This document shows, in pieces, positions 1 to 7,750 of a stretch of 64,000 bases of DNA. Source of the DNA: Candidatus Aegiribacteria sp. (GTDB lineage Bacteria; Fermentibacterota; Fermentibacteria; Fermentibacterales; JCC-6); contig JAGLOY010000105.1 of NCBI GenBank assembly GCA_023138735.1, positions 393-64,392 of the forward strand, in the 5' to 3' direction. The notes beneath the pieces are model-generated. The model was not told the DNA's origin, did no database searches, and saw only the letters and a program-made list of their open reading frames with translations. How positions within the stretch are numbered: position 1 is the first letter of the stretch; each line of letters begins with the position of its first letter. A program made the position numbers and the translations under genes.

Positions 1-254
1 TTGCTGCAATTGTTACATTCAACGATCTTTCTCCCTTCGGAGCACCACTGATGACCATTTCGGAGTTCTATCCCCTGAACGCGGTAACGGGAACTGGGGC
101 TATAAATGTAGTGTCCTCAATAATTCTTGATTATCGTGCCTATGATACCCTTGGAGAGGCTACTGTTCTTTTCACCGCTGTAATAGGTGTTCTGGCAGTG
201 ATGCGAAGCCCAGGGAAGAAAAATGAGGAAGATTTGCAGGAAAACCATGAGTAA
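1..254 (+). CDS. MrpA C-terminal end or MbhE-like antiporter subunit (MnhB domain), 5-prime partial
   Basis: Frame is open from the window edge to TAA 252-254. Carries the MnhB-domain signature NVVSSIILDYRAYDTLGEATVLFTAV. Followed by genes in mrpB-G order. Confidence 0.6.
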   Translation, partial: AAIVTFNDLSPFGAPLMTISEFYPLNAVTGTGAINVVSSIILDYRAYDTLGEATVLFTAVIGVLAVMRSPGKKNEEDLQENHE

Positions 255-702
255 AGAACACGACCCCGGAATGACCGTCATTGTAAAAACGGTCACAAGG
301 CTTACCGTTGGACTGATACTCCTGTACGGAATTTACATCATACTGCACGGCCATCTCACACCAGGCGGCGGGTTCGCCGGCGGGGTTATTATAGCCCTCG
401 CTTTTATCAACCTTGACCTGGCCTTCGGCGGAAGTGTATCTGCGAGGATATTCTCAAAGGCAAGTACCGGTGTTGTCGAGGCACTGGGTGCTGTCATGTT
501 CCTTACTCTGGCTCTCTTAGGAATGAAATACGGAGGATTCTTCGATAACTTCCTCTATAATGATGGGAATCCTGGACAGCTTGTCAGTGCCGGAATAATA
601 CCTCTGGAGAACATCGCCATCAGCCTAAAGGTGGGTGCCGGTCTGTTCGGTATTTTCCTTACTTTGATAATCCTTCAGAAATTTGAATCGGAGAAGAAGT
701 GA
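247..702 (+). CDS. mrpB: Mrp/Mnh cation:proton antiporter subunit B
   Basis: ATG 247 overlaps the upstream stop. HGHLTPGGGFAGGVI motif and multi-TM profile are typical of MnhB. Confidence 0.7.
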   Translation: MSKEHDPGMTVIVKTVTRLTVGLILLYGIYIILHGHLTPGGGFAGGVIIALAFINLDLAFGGSVSARIFSKASTGVVEALGAVMFLTLALLGMKYGGFFDNFLYNDGNPGQLVSAGIIPLENIAISLKVGAGLFGIFLTLIILQKFESEKK

Positions 703-1055
703 TGAATGCGTATATGCCCTATATACTCTGCATGATACTTTTCAGCATCGGTATCTACGCAATTCTTTCAAAACGGAACATCATCAAAATCATACTGGGA
801 GTAGTGATCGCGGAATACGCTGTAAACTTAATGCTCGTTCTTGTGGCCTACAAGGTCGGAGGTAGATCGGCTATATTCTCCGAGACACAGGTCATTCTTC
901 CTGAATCGATGGTTGATCCGCTTCCACACGCTCTTGTACTTACATCAATTGTGATTGGACTGGCCACCACGGCTTTCCTTATCGCGCTGGCAATAAGACT
1001 GTACGGTAAATATGGAACCTTTGACATAACAAGGATGCGGGAGTTAAGAGGATGA
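699..1055 (+). CDS. mrpC: Mrp/Mnh antiporter subunit C (NuoK-like)
   Basis: 118 aa with three hydrophobic helices. Start overlaps the mrpB stop (GTGATG). Position in the operon fits mrpC. Confidence 0.75.
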   Translation: MMNAYMPYILCMILFSIGIYAILSKRNIIKIILGVVIAEYAVNLMLVLVAYKVGGRSAIFSETQVILPESMVDPLPHALVLTSIVIGLATTAFLIALAIRLYGKYGTFDITRMRELRG

Positions 1056-2551
1056 TAACTGAAAGCATTATACCGCTTTTTGTAGCGATACCACTTGCGG
1101 GGGCTTTCTTAATTGCTCTGCTTAAGAGGATAAAGGGAATCCCCGATATTCTCGGGGTTCTGGCTTCCGGAAGCATGTTTATCCTTTCTATTCTGTTCCT
1201 CCTGAAGATGGAGATTGCACAGAGGATAATCTACAACATCGGTAACTGGGGTGGATTCAACGAGGTACTTGGAAGAATAGTCGGTATTCAGCTTGTTGTT
1301 GATGGACTGACCATATTCATGCTGCTGATAATTAATTTTGTCGCATTCATTGTAGCTGTGTACTCGGTTAATTACATGACAAGATACACTCAGAAATGGC
1401 AGTTCTACTGCCTGTTCCTGCTCATGCTTGCCGGTATGAATGGCGTTCTGATCACCGGTGATCTGTTCAACCTCTTTGTTTTTCTTGAGATAGCTTCCCT
1501 TGCAAGTTACGCGCTTGTGGCGTTCGGAACCGAGAAACGTGAACTTGAAGCCTCATTCAAGTATGCTGTTATGGGTGGCGTGGCTTCACTTCTGATACTG
1601 ATGGGAGTTATCTTCCTGTACAGCAATACAGGTACGCTGAATATGGCTGATATGGCAGAAATCCTGACTGGATCGGAACAGCCTGCATTAATGTATCTGG
1701 TATTTGGTCTCTTCCTGGCGGGATTCGGGTTGAAAGCCGCAATGGTTCCGTTCCATGCCTGGCTTCCCGATGCTCATCCCTCGGCTCCGGCTCCAATATC
1801 AGCGATGCTGTCCGGTGTTCTGATAAAAGCTCTTGGAGTGTATGCAATAGCCAGGGTCTTCTTCACTGTCTTCGGATTTCCCCATCAGATCTCGATAATC
1901 CTGATGACACTGGGCGCCATATCCATGGGTGTGGGTGCTCTTGTGGCACTGAGGCAGTGGGATATGAAAAGGCTGCTCGCCTACAGCTCCATAAGCCAGA
2001 TAGGCTACATAATGGTGGGACTTGGTATTGGTACACCTCTGGGAATACTTGGGGCGCTGTTTCACCTGTTCAACCATTCCATGTTCAAATCCCTTCTATT
2101 CCTTGATTCCGGAGCAGTTGAATACGCTGCCGGGACCAGGGATATGAAAGAAATGGGCGGGCTTTCCAAAAAGCTTCCGGTAACAAGCGGGTCCACACTT
2201 GCCGGGGCCATGTCACTTGCCGGTATTCCTCCCTTTGCGGGTTTCTGGAGCAAACTGATCATTATAATAGCCCTCGTTGAAGCGAGTCACATGAAACTTG
2301 CCGCCTGGGCTGTCCTCATGAGCATTGTAACGATTGCCTACATTCTCAAGGTAACAAGATTCGCATTTCTTGGTGCCCTCAAAGATAAATACCTTAATAT
2401 CAAAGAGGTACCCTTACTCATGCGGATATCACTGATAATACTTGCACTGGTCTGCATATTTGGCGGGCTGCTCCTGATTCCCGAAGTGAGAGATACTTTC
2501 CTTTCACCCGCAGTCAGGGTGCTGATTTCCGGAATGGGCGGGGGGGTGTAG
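1052..2551 (+). CDS. mrpD: Mrp/Mnh antiporter subunit D (NuoM/N-like proton-pumping subunit)
   Basis: 499 aa polytopic protein. Motif AMVPFHAWLPDAHPSAPAPISAMLSG is characteristic of the NuoL/M/N-MrpD family. Start overlaps the mrpC stop. Confidence 0.85.
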   Translation: MITESIIPLFVAIPLAGAFLIALLKRIKGIPDILGVLASGSMFILSILFLLKMEIAQRIIYNIGNWGGFNEVLGRIVGIQLVVDGLTIFMLLIINFVAFIVAVYSVNYMTRYTQKWQFYCLFLLMLAGMNGVLITGDLFNLFVFLEIASLASYALVAFGTEKRELEASFKYAVMGGVASLLILMGVIFLYSNTGTLNMADMAEILTGSEQPALMYLVFGLFLAGFGLKAAMVPFHAWLPDAHPSAPAPISAMLSGVLIKALGVYAIARVFFTVFGFPHQISIILMTLGAISMGVGALVALRQWDMKRLLAYSSISQIGYIMVGLGIGTPLGILGALFHLFNHSMFKSLLFLDSGAVEYAAGTRDMKEMGGLSKKLPVTSGSTLAGAMSLAGIPPFAGFWSKLIIIIALVEASHMKLAAWAVLMSIVTIAYILKVTRFAFLGALKDKYLNIKEVPLLMRISLIILALVCIFGGLLLIPEVRDTFLSPAVRVLISGMGGGV

Positions 2552-2554
2552 ATA

Positions 2555-3067
2555 ATGAAAAGTAGAATCCTGATGTTCGTATTCGCTTACGTAGTATGGT
2601 GCATTCTCTGCTGGGTGCCGGACACGCAGCATCTGATAGCGGGAGCCGTGGTAGCATTGATAGTTGCTGCAATTATGGGTTCGATGTTCGTCACAAGGCC
2701 GCATATGCTTTTCAATCCTATCAGGATTTTCTATTTCCTGTTCTGGTACATTCCAATATTCATCTGGGAGCTCATAAGGGCTAATTTTGATGTTGCATAC
2801 CGTGTGATTCATCCATCTATGCCCATCAAGCCCGGTATTGTAAGGCTGAAAACTGAACTTAAATCCGACACGGGACTCACTTTTCTGGCAAACTCCATAA
2901 CACTGACCCCCGGTACACTTACGGTTGATATAAATAAGGACGACGGTATTCTGTACATACACTGGATCAATGTTGTGGGGTCAGACCCCGAGACAACATA
3001 CCGGGAGATCGGCAGCAGATTCGAACCGATGTTGAAGAAGATTTTCGAAGAAGATGTGGTAAAATAA
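2555..3067 (+). CDS. mrpE: Mrp/Mnh antiporter subunit E
   Basis: 170 aa with N-terminal TM helices and a soluble C-terminus. Sits between the D-like and F-like genes. Confidence 0.65.
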   Translation: MKSRILMFVFAYVVWCILCWVPDTQHLIAGAVVALIVAAIMGSMFVTRPHMLFNPIRIFYFLFWYIPIFIWELIRANFDVAYRVIHPSMPIKPGIVRLKTELKSDTGLTFLANSITLTPGTLTVDINKDDGILYIHWINVVGSDPETTYREIGSRFEPMLKKIFEEDVVK

Positions 3068-3438
3068 TGAAGTTAGTGAGATGGATTTCCGGCACAATAG
3101 TCCTGCTGGCTATTATTATACTTGTTATCGTGCTTCCATTCAGAAGTATGTTTTTCTCGCAGGACGCATCGCATATCGGCTTTGTCGGCAGGGTTGTATA
3201 TATACTGATACTCTCTTCGGTACTGATCCTGTTCAGGGTTCTCAAGGGTCCGACAGCCGCAGACAGGATAGTTGCCATTGATATTTTCGGCATACTGATC
3301 GTTGGTCTCTGTGCAGTGCTCGGCATCGCAACAGGCCGTTCATGGTACATCGATATCGGCATCGCCTGGGGGCTTCAGAGCTTCATCGGCACACTGGCTC
3401 TTGCCAAGTATCTGGAGGGAAGAAGCTTCGATGATTGA
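3067..3438 (+). CDS. mrpF: Mrp/Mnh antiporter subunit F
   Basis: 123 aa with three TM helices. LKGPTAADRIVAIDIFG resembles the MnhF signature. Start abuts the mrpE stop. Confidence 0.7.
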   Translation: MKLVRWISGTIVLLAIIILVIVLPFRSMFFSQDASHIGFVGRVVYILILSSVLILFRVLKGPTAADRIVAIDIFGILIVGLCAVLGIATGRSWYIDIGIAWGLQSFIGTLALAKYLEGRSFDD

Positions 3439-3769
3439 TATAATCGGAATGGTATTCATTGGAACAGGGCTGGCATTTGATGTTCTCGGCTGTCTGGGTC
3501 TTGTAAGACTTCCGGATGTCTACAACAGGCTGCAGGCAGCAACGAAATGTGTAACGCTGGGAACGTGCAGCATTCTTTTTGGAACGTTCCTTATGACCGG
3601 GGGATTCACACCGACAGGTTTTAAGGCTCTGATAGCAATTGTATTCCTTGTTCTCGCATCACCTGTAGCGGCGCACGCCATTTCGCGCGGGGCGCACAGA
3701 GCTGGAATCAAGCTCTGGGACAAAAGCGTAGTGGACAGTTATGCGGAAGACAATGAAGGAGAAAAATAG
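3431..3769 (+). CDS. mrpG: Mrp/Mnh antiporter subunit G
   Basis: Internal ATG 3431 overlaps the mrpF stop. LGLVRLPDVYNRLQAATK matches the MnhG signature. Confidence 0.75.
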   Translation: MIDIIGMVFIGTGLAFDVLGCLGLVRLPDVYNRLQAATKCVTLGTCSILFGTFLMTGGFTPTGFKALIAIVFLVLASPVAAHAISRGAHRAGIKLWDKSVVDSYAEDNEGEK

Positions 3770-3808
3770 ATTAACGGACCGCGAAAGCGATTCGTTACGG
3801 ATGGGAAT

Positions 3809-4423
3809 ATGAAATATCCAAAGATCAGAGAAATCGTAGAAGCAGTCAAAGCGGTCGTAAAGGGTCCCTATACATCGAAATTCCCTGCAGAACCGCATAT
3901 AGCCCACCCCAATTTCAGGGGACAGCCGGTTTTCGACCAGGACAGGTGCCTCGGATGCCTTGCCTGTGAGGAATGCTGCCCTTCGGAAGCCATCGTGCAC
4001 GAAGACATCCTTGAAGGCGAAGGTTCTCCGAAAAGAGTGATGATCCATCATACGGATGACTGCATTTTCTGCGGTGTCTGTGTTGATTCATGTATAAGGG
4101 AAACCGGTGATACAGGCATAGTACAGACGAACGAATGGGAGCTCTCATACTTCGACCGCACCAAGGCTTTCGAGACCATAGAGAAGGATCTGCAGCTCTG
4201 CGAGGTATGCGGTGTTATTATCGGTACGAAAGACCATCTGATCTGGATAGCTGAAAAACTGGGCGAGCTCTCCTTTTCAAATCCTACTCTTTACCTGTCC
4301 AGACTCCGAAAACTCGGTCTTGCGGACGACAACATTCAGGCTGTACTCGAGGACAACGGCCGCAGCGACAGAGTGAAGATCCTCTGCGCCGAATGCAGGC
4401 GTAAAACCACCCTGTACGAGTAA
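3809..4423 (+). CDS. NuoI/HycF-like 2[4Fe-4S] ferredoxin-type protein with a C-terminal 4-Cys extension
   Basis: Two cluster motifs, CLGCLACEECCP and CIFCGVCVDSC. C-terminal CEVCG...CAECRRK pair. Confidence 0.75.
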   Translation: MKYPKIREIVEAVKAVVKGPYTSKFPAEPHIAHPNFRGQPVFDQDRCLGCLACEECCPSEAIVHEDILEGEGSPKRVMIHHTDDCIFCGVCVDSCIRETGDTGIVQTNEWELSYFDRTKAFETIEKDLQLCEVCGVIIGTKDHLIWIAEKLGELSFSNPTLYLSRLRKLGLADDNIQAVLEDNGRSDRVKILCAECRRKTTLYE

Positions 4424-4437
4424 ATTGGGGCCGGGCC

Positions 4438-4494
4438 TAACATCTAAACATTTTGACTGTTTATATTTAATATGTTGCAGATGTTTAGATGTTA
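4438..4494. repeat. 14-bp perfect inverted repeat TAACATCTAAACAT / ATGTTTAGATGTTA with a 29-nt AT-rich spacer
   Basis: Read directly at 4438-4451 and 4481-4494. Lies in the 128-nt gap between the ferredoxin gene and the endopeptidase gene. Confidence 0.8.
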
Positions 4495-4551
4495 AACCCG
4501 GATCCTAATTCATTTTGCCAAAATTCAAGATACGATCCCAATGAGACCCCA

Positions 4552-5028
4552 ATGACGAATAAGCAATTACAGATACTCAAAGGTAAGCTGCTCTTATACT
4601 TAAGGGGCAAAGTAGTTTACATGGGTATCGGCAATATCCTGAGGGGTGATGACGGCATCGGCCCCGAGCTGGTGGCCAGATTATCCGGGAAGGGTCTGCT
4701 CACGGTTGATGCTGGAACGGTTCCGGAGAATTACATACGCCCTGTTGCCAGGTTTGATCCTGACACGGTAGTTATCGTTGATGCTGTTAGTCTTGACAGG
4801 GAGCCCGGTGCTGTTGAATTGCTTGACAGAAGTGAGATAATGGGAAATACAGGCTTCACGACTCATACTCTTTCACCGGTAATGGTCATGGAAAGGCTGG
4901 AGGAAGAGACGGGAGCAAAGGTAGTCATGCTCGCCATTCAGCCCGGGACTCTTGAATTTGGTGCTCCACTGTCTCCTGAAGTAGCCAGTATGCTTGAGGT
5001 GCTGCCGGATCTACTGACCCGGGAGTAA
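4552..5028 (+). CDS. [NiFe]-hydrogenase maturation endopeptidase (HycI/HyaD family)
   Basis: GIGNILRGDDGIGPELV N-terminal signature. Start is uncertain: ATG at 4552 or 4621. Confidence 0.75.
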   Translation: MTNKQLQILKGKLLLYLRGKVVYMGIGNILRGDDGIGPELVARLSGKGLLTVDAGTVPENYIRPVARFDPDTVVIVDAVSLDREPGAVELLDRSEIMGNTGFTTHTLSPVMVMERLEEETGAKVVMLAIQPGTLEFGAPLSPEVASMLEVLPDLLTRE

Positions 5029-5029
5029 A

Positions 5030-6631
5030 GTGAGCACAGACATGAGCCATAAACCGGAAAGATCCTCAAGTGGAGAGACAGTAGTCGGTATTTTATTAAT
5101 TGCCGTTGTTGTTTCAGTATTTCTTCTTATCAGCACTTTCGGGGTTCAGCTTGTTGATGACGGCTATTACTATCTGGAAATCGCTCGGAATATCGCAAAC
5201 GGCAACGGTATTACCTTTGACGGATTGAATTCAACAAACGGTTTTCATCCATTATGGCAAATCATGCTTGTCCCGATTTTCCTGATGACTAAGAGTCGAA
5301 CCCTTGCTGCCATGGCTGTAACCATGCTGCAGACCCTGCTTTTTGCGGCAAGCGGTTATATGCTTTACAGGATCCTGCTTGAGAATACGAAGAAGATCTA
5401 CCTTTCCATAACCGGATCTGCTTTATGGCTTTTTAATTTCTGGTTCTGGAGCAAAGGAGCCCTTTCCGGGATGGAGACTGGACTTCTGATCTTATGTTTC
5501 GGGACAAGTATTCTTCTATTTTCCCGTTCACTTCGCGGATCATGCAGTTCATGGCTCCTCTCAATTTCTCTTATCGCGACCTGCACGGCAAGGCTTGATT
5601 CAGTTGCTCTGGTAATCGGGATCTGTGCTATCTTCCTGATTATCAGAAGGTATCGTGATGCCCTTCAAACAGGCCTTCCGGTTATGATCTATCTGATATT
5701 TTACATGGTAGCAAACAGGCTCATATTCGGAGGATTATTTCCCGTTTCGGGATACATTAAATCCGCTGCTGGCAGCGAACTTCTAAGACAGTTGTTTGAA
5801 AATGGGAATTTAAGGTTCTTCCAGCATGGAGCAGCGAATTTTGTCAGTTTTGCTACACTTGGAGGACGTCTTCCTCTTTTAGCAGCCCTTGTAGCTATCG
5901 CTGGAATTGTCTGGGCAGTGCTGCGGGTGATCAGAACTGCAGGCACTCCGATCAGAGAAGTAGTGGCGGTTTCCTGTATTTATACGGCAGCTCTTTTGCT
6001 CTACTACTCCTTCATGTACGATTCGCTTCTTGATATCTATACCTATTACTGGTTTCCGGTGATATTTTGTGCAATTATCTCATTTGTTCTAATACTATCA
6101 CGAATGAGGCTGAGGCTGCTCAGATCGGGTATTACGCTGATACTATTCGCCGGACTTATCGCTTTTAATATTGTTTATGCACATGATCGATTGCAGAGTT
6201 ACTCATTTGTGATACCTGATTCGGCCAGACCTGAGCGTAATGCTGTGAATTTTCTGAACACACTTGATGATGGGACTGTGATCGGATCCTGGGATGCAGG
6301 ATATGTAGGTTATTACTGCAGACATCGGGTCGTAAATCTGGATGGTCTTGTTAATAATTATGAGTATCAGGCTATCCTGCATGAACAGGGATTGGAAAAA
6401 TACCTTGTTATGCAGAACATTACATGTATCGCAAACATCGATCATTTTGCGGGCAAGAGAGACCTGATGGAACATATGAGTGGATGGTATATGGCTTTTG
6501 AGGATTCGAGCGCATTCCCCAATCCAGTTTCACTATTTTCAGTATCGGTGGATGAGAGTCGGTACGCGTCCGAACAATCCAGAATATTTTTCGTCTACTG
6601 CAGGTCAGATTCTCTTCATCCCGAAAACTGA
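5030..6631 (+). CDS. Polytopic membrane protein, possible GT-C-fold glycosyltransferase; paralog of 13783-15153
   Basis: About 12 hydrophobic segments. N-terminal loop VDDGYYYLEIARNIANGNG and C-terminal VVNLDGLVN are shared with the 13783-15153 protein. Function not established. Confidence 0.55.
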   Translation: MSTDMSHKPERSSSGETVVGILLIAVVVSVFLLISTFGVQLVDDGYYYLEIARNIANGNGITFDGLNSTNGFHPLWQIMLVPIFLMTKSRTLAAMAVTMLQTLLFAASGYMLYRILLENTKKIYLSITGSALWLFNFWFWSKGALSGMETGLLILCFGTSILLFSRSLRGSCSSWLLSISLIATCTARLDSVALVIGICAIFLIIRRYRDALQTGLPVMIYLIFYMVANRLIFGGLFPVSGYIKSAAGSELLRQLFENGNLRFFQHGAANFVSFATLGGRLPLLAALVAIAGIVWAVLRVIRTAGTPIREVVAVSCIYTAALLLYYSFMYDSLLDIYTYYWFPVIFCAIISFVLILSRMRLRLLRSGITLILFAGLIAFNIVYAHDRLQSYSFVIPDSARPERNAVNFLNTLDDGTVIGSWDAGYVGYYCRHRVVNLDGLVNNYEYQAILHEQGLEKYLVMQNITCIANIDHFAGKRDLMEHMSGWYMAFEDSSAFPNPVSLFSVSVDESRYASEQSRIFFVYCRSDSLHPEN

Positions 6632-7284
6632 TTTTCCACGAAGCCGCAGAATTCCTCCATGCCTTCGCCGGTTTTCGCTGAGACTGTGAATACGAGGACA
6701 TCAGGATTGAGACTTCTGCATTCATCGATTGCCCTGTCCACATCAAAATCAAGATGAGAAATAAGATCCATCTTGTTGATCACCAATACGTTGATACTGC
6801 TGAAAAGACTGGGGTACTTGAGTATTTTGTCATCGCCTTCGGGAACCGATAGAAGACCTATCCTCATATCCTCACCAAGATCGTAGCCGCTTGGGCAGAT
6901 AAGGTTTCCAACGTTCTCGATCGCCATCAGTTGTAATGAATCAGGATCAAGATTCATGTGACTCAGTGCATGATTAACAGCATGGGCATCTAGATGGCAG
7001 GCGCCTCCGGTTTCTATCTGCCAGGCCTGGCATCCAGCCTTTTCTATTCGCTCAGCATCCCTTCGCGTCTGGATATCACCTTCTATTACAGCCATCCTGG
7101 GGCCGAAGAAACGAGCCATGGACTCCAGTACCGCGGTTTTGCCGGCACCGGGTGAGCTGATGAGATTCAATGTATAGATACCTTTTCCGCCGAGAAGTTC
7201 TCTGTTATCCGCCGCGAAACGGTCGTTCTTGCTCATGACGGATGTTGTAATGTCCACTTTCTGCTCGGTTACTTCATCACACAT
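6616..7284 (-). CDS. hypB: Hydrogenase nickel-incorporation GTPase HypB
   Basis: P-loop SSPGAGKT and an NKMD G4 motif. ATG at 7284 lies just after the hypA stop. Confidence 0.9.
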   Translation of the reverse strand: MCDEVTEQKVDITTSVMSKNDRFAADNRELLGGKGIYTLNLISSPGAGKTAVLESMARFFGPRMAVIEGDIQTRRDAERIEKAGCQAWQIETGGACHLDAHAVNHALSHMNLDPDSLQLMAIENVGNLICPSGYDLGEDMRIGLLSVPEGDDKILKYPSLFSSINVLVINKMDLISHLDFDVDRAIDECRSLNPDVLVFTVSAKTGEGMEEFCGFVENQFSG

Positions 7285-7285
7285 T

Positions 7286-7633
7286 TCAATCGTTTCCTTC
7301 CTCGAGTTCAACACTGTCCACGGTGAATTCCCTGCCAGAGAGAATTCTCCTGCTTATGGAGCCGCAGCCGGGACAGCCCTGATAGAAATCTTTTGCTTCG
7401 TATTCGGTATCGCAATCGAGACAGATCAGCTTTGCCCTGGTAAGATTTATCACGAGTTCCGGTTCTCCGAACCCTTCGATCTTCGCAACTTCGGTGAAGC
7501 AGAATCTCAGGGATTCAGGACTGATACCCGAAAGGGGACCTATAGTAATATTGACGCGGTCAAGGTGAACTTTTCTTCCCAGAGCGTTGCCTATTATCCT
7601 GGTCATGTCGTGGGCAAGAGAGAGTTCATGCAT
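7286..7633 (-). CDS. hypA: Hydrogenase nickel-insertion protein HypA
   Basis: Starts MHELSLA. Zinc site CLDC...CPGC. About 116 aa when started at ATG 7633. Confidence 0.85.
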   Translation of the reverse strand: MHELSLAHDMTRIIGNALGRKVHLDRVNITIGPLSGISPESLRFCFTEVAKIEGFGEPELVINLTRAKLICLDCDTEYEAKDFYQGCPGCGSISRRILSGREFTVDSVELEEGND

Positions 7634-7750
7634 TGTAGCGCCGCCATTCATATCGGGAGAAAGCACTGTGGTTAAAACCTTTTCAGAATAGTAGAATATA
7701 ACCTGTATTAAAGATGTCAAAAAGGATCATTCTTAGACGGAAGATCAGAT

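Noticed and set aside
4489-4551. Longer N-terminal extensions of ORFs: 4489 for the endopeptidase, 28671 for the CAP_ED protein, 36944 for the S41-like protein, 39048 for the thioredoxin-like protein, and 7720 for hypA.
   Set aside because: In each case an internal start gives the family-typical N-terminus or signal peptide, a better RBS, or stop-start coupling. The upstream extensions add residues with no similarity to the family.
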